This document shows positions 38,169-46,634 of a stretch of 64,000 nt of DNA, one piece after another; position 1 is the first letter of the stretch; every line of letters begins with the position of its first letter. This DNA comes from Actinomycetota bacterium. GTDB lineage: Bacteria; Actinomycetota; Actinomycetes; Actinomycetales; Microbacteriaceae. Position numbers and translations under genes: made by a program. A model generated the notes under the pieces. It was not told the origin of the DNA. It did not search any database and saw only the letters and a list, made by a program, of their open reading frames with translations. The DNA lies in the NCBI GenBank assembly GCA_039805305.1, contig JBDLUM010000071.1, positions 13,895-77,894 of the forward strand. The letters are read 5' to 3'.

Positions 38169-38732
38169 ATGACCGATTCAGAAGCGACACAAGCCAAGAC
38201 CGCGTTGCGCAGCAAAATTCGAGCCGCGCGAAAATCAAAGCAAGAAGGCCACTTCTGTGAAGATGAGCACGACGAACATTTGGTGATGTTTCTTGCTGAC
38301 CAGAACGTTCGAAAGATTGCTGCCTACATCGCCCTCGATGATGAACCTTGCACAGACCTTTTACTAGACGTTTGCGAACAGGTAGGCATTCAGGTTTTGG
38401 TGCCTCGAATCGTGAATGACGACCTTGAGTGGGCGATTTTCAACTGGGATGACCTTACAGAAGGTGAATTCGGCATTCTTGAGCCCACCGGCCCTGCTGA
38501 ACCACTACAGGTCGATGCAGTCTTGGTTCCGGCCCTGGCAGTGGATGCCGCGGGGAACAGGCTCGGCCAAGGCCGAGGGTTCTACGACCGAGCTCTGGCC
38601 GAGCTAGACAGCCGAGTGCCGGTTATCGCGCTCGTGCATGACGAAGAGGTCCTTGAAGAGATACCCCACGAACCGCACGATCTGAAAGTGCACTACGTGG
38701 CTTGCTGCACAGGTGTTCACAAACTGGACTGA
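38169..38732 (+). CDS. 5-formyltetrahydrofolate cyclo-ligase
   Basis: The ATG at 38169 (MTDSEATQAKTALRSKIRAARK) lies within track ORF 38007..38732. The upstream part of that ORF overlaps the divergent GNAT gene. GNRLGQGRGFYDRAL is the family signature. Confidence 0.85.
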   Translation: MTDSEATQAKTALRSKIRAARKSKQEGHFCEDEHDEHLVMFLADQNVRKIAAYIALDDEPCTDLLLDVCEQVGIQVLVPRIVNDDLEWAIFNWDDLTEGEFGILEPTGPAEPLQVDAVLVPALAVDAAGNRLGQGRGFYDRALAELDSRVPVIALVHDEEVLEEIPHEPHDLKVHYVACCTGVHKLD

Positions 38733-38779
38733 AGTAAAATCAATTAACCACTTGATTTACAAACCAACGGAGAAACACA

Positions 38780-38977
38780 TTGCCAACTTATTCTTATGCC
38801 TGCAAAAAGTGTGGGCACGAGTTTGACGTTCAGCAATCTATGAACGACTCGGCGTTGACCGAGTGCCCTATCTGCGCGGGCGATTTGAGAAAAGTTTTCG
38901 GAAACGTAGGTGTTACTTTCAAGGGTTCTGGTTTTTACAAGACCGATTCTGCAAAACCTTCAGCGAGCTCCGACTAG
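38780..38977 (+). CDS. FmdB family zinc-ribbon protein
   Basis: 65 aa. YACKKCGHEFD...CPICAG gives two CxxC pairs, the typical FmdB/CxxC_CxxC_SSSS pattern. Confidence 0.85.
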   Translation: MPTYSYACKKCGHEFDVQQSMNDSALTECPICAGDLRKVFGNVGVTFKGSGFYKTDSAKPSASSD

Positions 38978-38979
38978 TT

Positions 38980-41900
38980 TTAGCCCCAGTGTGGCGGTTT
39001 GTCGTTCTTGAGCCTTGAGTCGTTTGATTCGGTTCGATCTCCCCAAGCCTCATCAGACTCGTCAAAAGCTGGAACATCGAAAAGCGCCTGCGGGCGTTTG
39101 GTGAGCTGCATGCCCAATGATTCTCCGATTCGAATGGCCAGCGCCTCGGGGTCGGCAAACAGTTCGAAGGTGTGAACGCGAATCACACGCCACCCCATTG
39201 CCTTCAAAAGCGCAGGGCGAAGTCTCACTCGCTCAGAAATAGAATCGCCAGCCAAGTTCCAATCTGGCAACACAGCCGCGGCTTTGTTGGCGTAACTGAC
39301 CACTAGGGGTATCTGACCTCCGAGATTCAGCTCAACCCGGGCCCCGAGCTTGGCTAGCCTCAGAGACAAGTCTTGCAACAACGGATCTTCGTCTGATTCT
39401 TCGCTTTGCACCAGCTTTGACCCGCCCAGAATCTCGGCCAGAAGATTGTTGATGTTCAACGGGCCACCCTGTTGAAGCTTTTCAGCCCCGAAACAGCTAA
39501 CGACGGTAATGCTATTTCGAGCACTGACCAGAAGGTTCGCTAGGTGGCGTCGGCTTGAGGCACCGCCGAGCTCGCCGATGACTTCAGGTGCACGGCCTTC
39601 CCCGTCGGTTCCAAACCCGATCGAGAAAATGACACGATCGGCGACACGATGCGAGAGCGAAGCCAACGATGTCACGTCGAATTTTTCGCGACCGTGAGAA
39701 TCAAAGAATTCATCTAGCTCTGGCTTTGCCTTGAGGGCTATTCGCACAGCCTGATCGATTCGGTCGGCGTGCAACTTGGATGCAGTCGCGATCAACAGCG
39801 AATCTTCGGGTTGCTCTGCCGCATGTCTGAGCACGAGCGAAACAACTTTGTCTACTTCGGCATCTGGGCTCTCTACGGCGCTGGTGCCCTTTGTGCTGGA
39901 TCCGATTCCAGAGGTGATTATTTCTACCAGAAGGTTTGAGTTGCCCAAGAATTCTGCTGCGGTCGGAGCAAAGAGGATGCGATTTTGATAGAACTCGCGA
40001 TTGATTAGCGTTCCTAGGGCTTGCCCATTTGGTCGCCAAGACTTTCGCAACACCACAAGGCCATGTCCAGACGCGACGGCTGACTGCACTGATGGCACTA
40101 CGTCTTCGCGTTTCAACGAGAACTCATGGCACTCAACTTCAAATCCATCCGGGGCAGCGATTGCCTCATCGCCGAACGTAATAACCTGTTCGACTCTCTG
40201 CAGCGCGGCAAGATTCTCGGCAACACTTGTGCCGGCGGCATCCAGTATCAATGCAACATCAAACCGATCTTCGGTCAGTTCTCGACTAACCAGATATGGC
40301 GAAGTCATAACCACGGGAACAAGTTGAGGGTAAATATCTGGTGCGGCTTGCTTAAGCGTTTTGAAGGTTGCCTGCTTTGTGCGAAGCAACGCTTTCAGGT
40401 TTGCTGCCTGATCGGCGTGCTGAGTAAGCCCTTCATGCCATTTCAGCGAAAGTGCATGGGTAAGGTGCTGTCGAGACTGCAGATTCACGGCGGTATCAGA
40501 AGCAGCGAAATCTTCTTCGATTGAATCAATTTGTTCAGCTGTGTACTTCATCACCGATGCGTCCCGGGCGACCAAGTACTCAAGGGCAGACTGCCACCAA
40601 GACAGGTCTAACTCTGCGGCAAGGTGCTCGCGCTTGACTTTGAGATTAGCCAAATCGCGCGCAAGGGCTGAGATTCCGAGCTCGCGTAGTTGCTCACGCA
40701 AGGCGTTTCTTGCTTCAAGATTCTCGAGCGGTTCTCTGTCGGCAGCCATCGAGGCAAGGGTCTTTGCAAGACCAACCAACGGCAATTTCAGAAGTGGTTT
40801 TGCCGATGCATCATCATCCACATGCGCTTGCAGTGAACCAAGATCGGTTACAAAGTTCTGATACGCAATGAGCGCTTCGTTGATTCCGAGTGGAACCTCA
40901 GGCTTGTTCTCGTTGAGCGAGTAATGCTGCCAAGCCTGTCTTTGCTCGTTGGCCGCAATGAGCGCAACATGCAGATCGCTCACGCTCATGCCTGGACGAA
41001 TGTACTCTTTGGCAAGTTTCTTGAGTCTTCTGCGGCTCGAACCCGAGAGCTCAGACCTTGTCGTTCGCGGGCCGGTCGCCGAAATTAGTTCGTCAAGGGG
41101 GCGGTCGAATACTTCTGGAACAAAACGTGCGAGTGATTCTCGGATGCCGACAAATAGCTTTAGGTAAACACCCCAATCTTCTACCGTGGCTGCAGGCCTG
41201 AAATGAGACTTTCGAATGAACGAGTCGAGCAAGTTGGTTAGCTCGGGTAGAACCTGTTTTTCGAGGCGATTTGCTAACTCGAGAGCCTCATCGACCTGAT
41301 GCTGCGTCTCGAACTTGGCTTGAAACCATGCGGTGTCTGAAGCGGCGAAGTTGAATTCACCCAGGTCATGAGCCTGGTGCAAAAGTTCTAATGCCCGAGA
41401 TCGGTGTGTCTGATCGAGCAAATACTGAGGTTTGATTCGAGCACTTGTTTGTGGCGCTCTAGGCATCAAGCTCAGTTTTGCGAGTGCCACGAGGCTCTCT
41501 GAAACCGATAGGCCAATCTTTTCGTCGTTCTTTGCAAGCAGGTCTAGATACCCGGCAACGTTTGCCTCGGCTAATGCGCGAGACTCGAGCGCAGCATCCA
41601 AGTTTGAAGGCACCGCCTTTTCGTTACGGCTGATCGCCGCAATGACATCGAACCAGGTCGATTCAGATCGAACACCAAGGCCACCGAGTTCGAGATCTGA
41701 AAAACGGTCGGCCAGCTCACTGAGGGTTTGGCGGCGCGGGGCAACGACTAGAACGCGTTTATTAGCTGCGACCAAGCCTGCAACGGTGTTGACGACGGTT
41801 TGGGTATAGCCACAGCCAGGCAGAGTTTCGACAGCAAAGCTTTCACCGGCCACTGCGCGAGCAACCACCGTACGCTGAACGATGTCGGCATCGGTCACGA

Positions 41901-42630
41901 TAAGAGGTTCGCTATCGGGTAGCGAACCAGTTGACGCGGGTTGTTGTTCGGTTTCGAGGCCGGCCAGCGCGCGCAACAGCGGAGTCTCGTTTCGCTTCAC
42001 GTCGGAGTGCAACTCTATAGATTCGGTAGAAAATGTGCCCACCGCGAGTATGCGACGGGTCTCAAGATTCGCAGTTGAACCTGCCAGATTAGCCAAGTAT
42101 TCGAGCACAGAGATTGGTAGTAAATCAGCACCTGCATCGAGTAGCGACAGCAGACGGGCTTCGTCTACCTTGACGCCATAGCTTGTTTCAAGTGCCTCAA
42201 CCAAACCAGGGTTTACTCTCGGATGTTCACCTAGTCGCAACTCGAAATCATCTGTTTTTCGCTCAAGAGTCAATGGCCAAATCAAGACCGGTAGCGCAAG
42301 GTCAAACCCGTCGTGCTCAAGATTCACCAGCCCGCCAACCAATGCAAGGCATCTAATGCCAAACTGCGAATCTAAAACCTCAGCGCGCTGCTTGATTCGT
42401 TTAGCTGCTGAGTAGGCTCGCGAAAAAGCCAGTGGATCACGAAAGAGATTCGATAGAACACCGGTTCTTGACGCTGCCAACTGCGCCAAACCACCCGGAT
42501 GCGCACGCTCAAGGTCGATCTGACCAACGTTATTCGACTCAAAGTTCAAGAGCGGGTTCGTGAAACCGATCTCTCTAATTTCGCGCAGCCAAACATTCCA
42601 GTCGATGCGCCCAGAACCATTTGAATCCAT
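38980..42630 (-). CDS. large DUF4011 / Upf1-like SF1 helicase-fold protein with C-terminal endonuclease-like (DUF559/Vsr-fold-like) domain; ATPase motifs degenerate
   Basis: 1216 aa uninterrupted. The N-terminus (NPLLNFESNNVGQIDL...IWPLTL) resembles DUF4011. The helicase core is recognisable by spacing (VLVVAPRRQTLSELADRF; ITFGDEA), but motif I reads PGCGYTQT and motif II reads LDAAG. The C-terminus is ...GWRVIRVHTFELFADPEALAIRIGE. Confidence 0.8.
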   Translation of the reverse strand: MDSNGSGRIDWNVWLREIREIGFTNPLLNFESNNVGQIDLERAHPGGLAQLAASRTGVLSNLFRDPLAFSRAYSAAKRIKQRAEVLDSQFGIRCLALVGGLVNLEHDGFDLALPVLIWPLTLERKTDDFELRLGEHPRVNPGLVEALETSYGVKVDEARLLSLLDAGADLLPISVLEYLANLAGSTANLETRRILAVGTFSTESIELHSDVKRNETPLLRALAGLETEQQPASTGSLPDSEPLIVTDADIVQRTVVARAVAGESFAVETLPGCGYTQTVVNTVAGLVAANKRVLVVAPRRQTLSELADRFSDLELGGLGVRSESTWFDVIAAISRNEKAVPSNLDAALESRALAEANVAGYLDLLAKNDEKIGLSVSESLVALAKLSLMPRAPQTSARIKPQYLLDQTHRSRALELLHQAHDLGEFNFAASDTAWFQAKFETQHQVDEALELANRLEKQVLPELTNLLDSFIRKSHFRPAATVEDWGVYLKLFVGIRESLARFVPEVFDRPLDELISATGPRTTRSELSGSSRRRLKKLAKEYIRPGMSVSDLHVALIAANEQRQAWQHYSLNENKPEVPLGINEALIAYQNFVTDLGSLQAHVDDDASAKPLLKLPLVGLAKTLASMAADREPLENLEARNALREQLRELGISALARDLANLKVKREHLAAELDLSWWQSALEYLVARDASVMKYTAEQIDSIEEDFAASDTAVNLQSRQHLTHALSLKWHEGLTQHADQAANLKALLRTKQATFKTLKQAAPDIYPQLVPVVMTSPYLVSRELTEDRFDVALILDAAGTSVAENLAALQRVEQVITFGDEAIAAPDGFEVECHEFSLKREDVVPSVQSAVASGHGLVVLRKSWRPNGQALGTLINREFYQNRILFAPTAAEFLGNSNLLVEIITSGIGSSTKGTSAVESPDAEVDKVVSLVLRHAAEQPEDSLLIATASKLHADRIDQAVRIALKAKPELDEFFDSHGREKFDVTSLASLSHRVADRVIFSIGFGTDGEGRAPEVIGELGGASSRRHLANLLVSARNSITVVSCFGAEKLQQGGPLNINNLLAEILGGSKLVQSEESDEDPLLQDLSLRLAKLGARVELNLGGQIPLVVSYANKAAAVLPDWNLAGDSISERVRLRPALLKAMGWRVIRVHTFELFADPEALAIRIGESLGMQLTKRPQALFDVPAFDESDEAWGDRTESNDSRLKNDKPPHWG

Positions 42631-42702
42631 GGCTACAGACTAACTTTCACAAGGGGCGCAGGCTCGGAGGCTTGCGGTGAGGCAAGGTATATTGGGCTTT
42701 TC

Positions 42703-42778
42703 GGCTCCGTAGCTCAGTGGATAGAGCAGAGGTTTCCTAAACCTTGTGTCGTAGGTTCGATTCCTATCGGGGCCACCA
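42703..42778 (+). tRNA. tRNA-Arg (anticodon CCU)
   Basis: GGCTCCGTAGCTCAGTGGATAGAGCAGAGGTTTCCTAAACCTTGTGTCGTAGGTTCGATTCCTATCGGGGCCACCA. Anticodon loop TTCCTAA. CCA is encoded. Confidence 0.93.
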
Positions 42779-42779
42779 A

Positions 42780-43283
42780 CTAGGCCGCCTGTGCAAAGTT
42801 CAGAAACTCGTCCCACTCTGGCTCAAATCTCTCGGCTCCTCGCACGGTCCAGGCAATTCCCTGGGGCATCCGAGGTTGATTGCGAAGTTCCCAACCGAGC
42901 TCGGCAAGAGTCTTATCGCTCTTGGCGTTGTTGCACTTCAAACAACATGCCACGAGGTTCTCCCAGGTGTCTTTGCCACCGCGAGATTTGGGTTGCACGT
43001 GATCGATGGTGTTAGCCGATTTCGAACAGTAGGCGCACCTAAACCCGTCGCGACGCAGCACTCCCCTTCGAGACACAGGCACGTTACGGGATGTCGGTAC
43101 GCGCACATAGCGCTGCAACAAGATCACCGATGGAAGTGTGAAATCTTTCGAAGCACTGTGCACCTGTAGATCACCCGCTCCGGCAAGAACAGTGGCCTTT
43201 TGGTTCAGAACCAAAATAAGGGCCCGCTTAAACGACACCACGGCGAGTGGTTCGTAACCGGCATTCAAAACTAGTGTTCGCAC
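42780..43283 (-). CDS. HNH endonuclease family protein
   Basis: 167 aa. CAYC...IDHVQP...N...CCLKCNNAK gives an HNH/zinc-finger pattern. GTG start with a weak AAAGG Shine-Dalgarno. Confidence 0.85.
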   Translation of the reverse strand: MRTLVLNAGYEPLAVVSFKRALILVLNQKATVLAGAGDLQVHSASKDFTLPSVILLQRYVRVPTSRNVPVSRRGVLRRDGFRCAYCSKSANTIDHVQPKSRGGKDTWENLVACCLKCNNAKSDKTLAELGWELRNQPRMPQGIAWTVRGAERFEPEWDEFLNFAQAA

Positions 43284-43342
43284 GAATCAACCTTTCGAAG
43301 ACTTCCAGACGGATTTCTGGATTTTCGGTGAGTAGCGCAGCC

Positions 43343-43387
43343 GAGAAATAAAAAAACGCGCCGTCAAAAATGACGACGCGCGTTTTC
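43343..43387 (-). terminator. strong intrinsic terminator (minus-strand orientation; weakly bidirectional)
   Basis: The stem spans 43357-43365 and 43372-43382, with a 2-nt bulge. It is flanked by an A-run on the plus strand, which gives TTTTTTTATTTCT after the hairpin on the minus strand. Confidence 0.7.
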
Positions 43388-43462
43388 GAGGTAAACCCGG
43401 CAGGACTGATGGGGTTGGCGCATTTGGTAAACGTGCTTGGCTTGCAGGCTTTGCAAAGTCAT
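43364..43462 (-). CDS. candidate 32-codon small ORF (MTLQSLQAKHVYQMRQPHQSCRVYLENARRHF)
   Basis: Too short for the ORF track. ATG at 43462 lies 5 nt after a perfect AGGAGG (43473-43468). The stop TGA sits in the loop region of the 43343-43387 terminator. No family recognised, so coding status is unproven. Confidence 0.25.
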   Translation of the reverse strand: MTLQSLQAKHVYQMRQPHQSCRVYLENARRHF

Positions 43463-43595
43463 CAACTCCTCCTAACCGAGAGAACGATTGCACTACTTGC
43501 GAAGAGATTACGCCCAGAAGCATGTAGCGCCATTAATGAAACGCCAACAAAACATGACGATTTGGTATCGAAAAAAAACAGACCAGATTGGGGCT

Positions 43596-44567
43596 TTAGC
43601 CCTCAATGCCTAAGCGCACAAAGTAGTGGTTCGGGGTGAAGATCGGCGCCAACTTAACTTTGTCTCCGCGAAGAGGCGCGTGGTAGAACATGCCGTTACC
43701 CGCGTAGATACCATCGTGGCTGTGATCGTTCATGATTACGAGGTCGCCAGGCAGGGCATCCTCGGGTTTGATGATTTTACCCATGCGAGCTTGACCGTTT
43801 ACCGAGTGAGGTAGCGCGATACCGAACTGTGAGAAGACGAACTTCACATAACCGGAGCAGTCGAAACCAGCCGGAGTTTCGCCACCGAAGACGTAGGGAA
43901 CACCAACGTATTTAGCCGAAACCTGCATCACCTTTTCGGTGTTGTAGGTCGGGAACGGTGGGTTCAATAGGTAGTCTTCGGCAGTCGGACCGCTGTAGTC
44001 GCGGTATGCGGTGATGGTCTGCTGTCTGAAAAGCTCTTCGGCCGAAATGTCTTTTGCAGTACCACGTTTGTAGTTTTGCAAACCAATCTGGGTAACTGTT
44101 AAACCTTGTGTTTCTGCGTCTGCAGCGAAAAGGCTCGGGTCAAGCGAACCAACGCCAGCAAAAGCGGCCAACTCAGGGCTCATCGCATAGGCGGGTAAGG
44201 CTGAAGTTGCCATCATGCCCGAAAAAACCAACATGGTTAGGTAACTGCGAACCGGCTTCAGTCTGGCAGTCAAAGTGGTGCGCACTGCAGGAACAATAAA
44301 GGTTGCTCCAGTACTGGCGTCTTGAGAAATGGCGATTACCGCGGGAGCATTCTTGGCGGCCAATTTTTCTGCCCTGCGATAGGCGCGACGAATCGAGCGT
44401 TCTTGCTTAGCAAGCAATGAAGCTTCGACCGAACTACGACTGCGCAACTCAAACTGCTCGAAGACATTGATCTTCACGTTTGCGCGTCTGCGACCACCGG
44501 GCTTTTGGGCCAAGGCAAACCTCCAAGTTTCAGTAACTCTTCGAGTAACTCTCGTATCGAAACTCAT
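43596..44567 (-). CDS. C40 family (NlpC/P60) cell-wall peptidase
   Basis: C-terminal catalytic domain (GFDCSGYVKFVF...HDGIYAGNG...YHAP) and an internal hydrophobic or signal-like segment (MLVFSGMMATSALPAYA). The ATG at 44567 has no Shine-Dalgarno, whereas the in-frame TTG at 44513 lies 6 nt after GGAGG and is a plausible alternative start. Confidence 0.85.
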   Translation of the reverse strand: MSFDTRVTRRVTETWRFALAQKPGGRRRANVKINVFEQFELRSRSSVEASLLAKQERSIRRAYRRAEKLAAKNAPAVIAISQDASTGATFIVPAVRTTLTARLKPVRSYLTMLVFSGMMATSALPAYAMSPELAAFAGVGSLDPSLFAADAETQGLTVTQIGLQNYKRGTAKDISAEELFRQQTITAYRDYSGPTAEDYLLNPPFPTYNTEKVMQVSAKYVGVPYVFGGETPAGFDCSGYVKFVFSQFGIALPHSVNGQARMGKIIKPEDALPGDLVIMNDHSHDGIYAGNGMFYHAPLRGDKVKLAPIFTPNHYFVRLGIEG

Positions 44568-44721
44568 CGTTTTTAAAATCTGAACTACGAGAAAAGAAAC
44601 AATTCAGATTCGATTGCAATTCAGGTTTGTGAACTGCAATACCTAAAGTTTACCTGCGGTTCGCTTCAAAGCGCTAAACCGTACCTGTGAATCTGCCGAT
44701 TAGCTGACGCTCGCCACTGGG

Positions 44722-45420
44722 TTATTGATTCGACTCAACAAACAGATGGGCGGCAAGATCGTGGTCTAGCGCTAAGCCTGCGTCTTGACCGTCTAGAGAA
44801 ACAAAGATTCGGCCATCGATGTGGTCGGCGCTAATGGTCGCGCCAGGTATGAGGCCAACGTTTTTTAGTTCACCCAAAAACTCTGGGTCGATCTGAATGG
44901 GTTCGCCAATTCTTCGCAAAATCAAACCGGATGCACGACCCGAGTTTGCCAATACTGCTGGCAACGAAACAACGCCATCGACAAACAGCGGGTTCGGCGA
45001 AAAACCTAGTTCTTCTAGCCCCGGAATCGGGTTTCCGTAAGGAGAAACATCTGGTGAAGAGATGAGGCCAATAATCTTGCGCTCGACCTGTTCGCTCATG
45101 ACGTGCTCCCAGCGGCAAGCCTCTTCGTGAACAAACTCCCACTCGAGACCGATAACGTCGGCCAATAAACGCTCGGCAAGTCGATGCTTTCTCATGACTC
45201 GAACGGCTTCGAGTCGCCCGGTCTCGGTGAGGTCGAGATGGCGGTCATCGGCGATTGTCACTAAACCGTCACGAGACATTCGGTTCACGGTTTCAGAGAC
45301 AGTCGGCCCTGAGTGACCGAGGCGCTCAGAGATTCGAGCTCGAAGCGCGACCTGGCCCTCTTCTTCAAGTTCGAGAATTGTGCGCAGATACATTTCGGTT
45401 GTATCAATCAAGTCAGTCAC
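44722..45420 (-). CDS. DtxR/IdeR family metal-dependent transcriptional regulator with C-terminal SH3-like domain
   Basis: 232 aa. N-terminal wHTH (TEMYLRTILELEEEG), a metal-site region (RKHRLAERLL...HEEACRWEHVMS), and a C-terminal domain that aligns by eye with the IdeR tail. Confidence 0.9.
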   Translation of the reverse strand: MTDLIDTTEMYLRTILELEEEGQVALRARISERLGHSGPTVSETVNRMSRDGLVTIADDRHLDLTETGRLEAVRVMRKHRLAERLLADVIGLEWEFVHEEACRWEHVMSEQVERKIIGLISSPDVSPYGNPIPGLEELGFSPNPLFVDGVVSLPAVLANSGRASGLILRRIGEPIQIDPEFLGELKNVGLIPGATISADHIDGRIFVSLDGQDAGLALDHDLAAHLFVESNQ

Positions 45421-45506
45421 GGTTCACCTCCAAAAGCTCTGTTCCCTATTATCAAGCAACCACGGCGCTACCTACTGCAGGCGCTAACAAGCGGTGGCGG
45501 TAAACT

Positions 45507-46631
45507 TTGGGTATGCCCGAGATCCTGATCCCCTCTTCCCTTCTGCCAGCCGACGGACGTTTCGGTTGCGGACCATCTCGTTTGCGTGATGCGCAGCTGC
45601 AGGCATTTGCCTCCGAAGGCGCAAAGCTCATGGGCACCTCTCACCGCCAAGCGCCAGTAAAAAACTTGGTCAAGCGCGTGCAAGACGGGCTGCTAAATCT
45701 TTTTCACAACCCTGAAGGCTACGAGATTGTTCTCGGTAACGGTGGCTCGACAGCGTTCTGGGATGTCGCGGCATACTCCCTGGTTAGCCGCAAGGCACAG
45801 AACCTCGTGCACGGAGAGTTCGGCGCTAAGTTTGCTGCATCTCTTACCAACCCCTGGTTAGAAAAACCAACCGTGATCAACGGCGAACCTGGCTCGCGTT
45901 TAGAGATGATGGCCGAATCTGGTGTCGATTCTTATGCCTACGCACAAAACGAAACATCGACGGGTGTAGTCACACCGATCAAGCGAGTCGCTGGTGCAGA
46001 CGCCGGCGCTCTGATGTTCACCGACGCAACCTCGGCGGCGGGCGGCATAGATTTTGACCCACTGCAGACTGACGTCTACTACTTTGCCCCGCAGAAAAAC
46101 TTTGCATCAGACGGAGGCTTGTGGTTTGCACTGATGTCACCGGCTGCAATTGCTCGCGCCGAAGAAATCGCGGCTTCTGATCGCTACATCCCAGAGTTTT
46201 TGAGCATCAAAACCGCAATCGACAACTCGCGCCTGAACCAGACCTTAAACACGCCAGCCATCGCCACGTTGTTCTTGTTGGGTGAGCAAATCACATGGAT
46301 GAACGACAACGGTGGCCTCGAATGGGCCGCAGCCCGCACCAAGTCTGCTTCGGATCACTTGTATGCGTGGGCTGAAAAGTCGAGCTTTGCCACCCCGTTT
46401 GTAACTAACCCAGAACACCGCTCGCAGGTAGTCGTGACGATTGACTTTGACGAATCGGTAGACGCTGCAGCGGTTGCTAAGACCCTACGAGCCAACGCCA
46501 TCGTAGATGTTGAGCCATACAGAAAGCTGGGCCGAAATCAGCTTCGGGTGGCGACATTCGCTGCCACCGAAAAACACGAGGTGGAACAACTCACCGCAGC
46601 CATCGACTTTGTTGTCGAACAACTCGGTTAG
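45507..46631 (+). CDS. serC: phosphoserine transaminase (actinobacterial type)
   Basis: 374 aa with the N-terminus PADGRFGCGPS typical of mycobacterial-type SerC. ATG at 45513 is the likelier start. Confidence 0.9.
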   Translation: MGMPEILIPSSLLPADGRFGCGPSRLRDAQLQAFASEGAKLMGTSHRQAPVKNLVKRVQDGLLNLFHNPEGYEIVLGNGGSTAFWDVAAYSLVSRKAQNLVHGEFGAKFAASLTNPWLEKPTVINGEPGSRLEMMAESGVDSYAYAQNETSTGVVTPIKRVAGADAGALMFTDATSAAGGIDFDPLQTDVYYFAPQKNFASDGGLWFALMSPAAIARAEEIAASDRYIPEFLSIKTAIDNSRLNQTLNTPAIATLFLLGEQITWMNDNGGLEWAAARTKSASDHLYAWAEKSSFATPFVTNPEHRSQVVVTIDFDESVDAAAVAKTLRANAIVDVEPYRKLGRNQLRVATFAATEKHEVEQLTAAIDFVVEQLG

Positions 46632-46634
46632 TTT

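Noticed and set aside
42703-43283. An HNH endonuclease gene ending 1 nt from the 3' end of tRNA-Arg(CCU), considered as the edge of an integrated mobile element or homing element.
   Set aside because: I saw no integrase or recombinase, no direct repeat of the tRNA 3' end nearby, and no compositional break. This ~165-aa HNH protein is, from memory, a conserved core actinobacterial gene.
44700-44708. A 9-mer GUCAGCUAA on the minus strand, just after the DtxR/IdeR-family regulator gene stop. It matches the conserved 3' segment of the cyclic-di-AMP (ydaO) riboswitch, which often precedes actinobacterial cell-wall hydrolase genes.
   Set aside because: The rest of the riboswitch would have to lie 5' of this point, inside the C-terminal SH3-like coding region of the DtxR/IdeR-family regulator gene. 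That region aligns well with IdeR to its very end. I also could not find the GGGGA/ACCC core elements downstream. An isolated 9-mer match is compatible with chance, and cmsearch would settle it.
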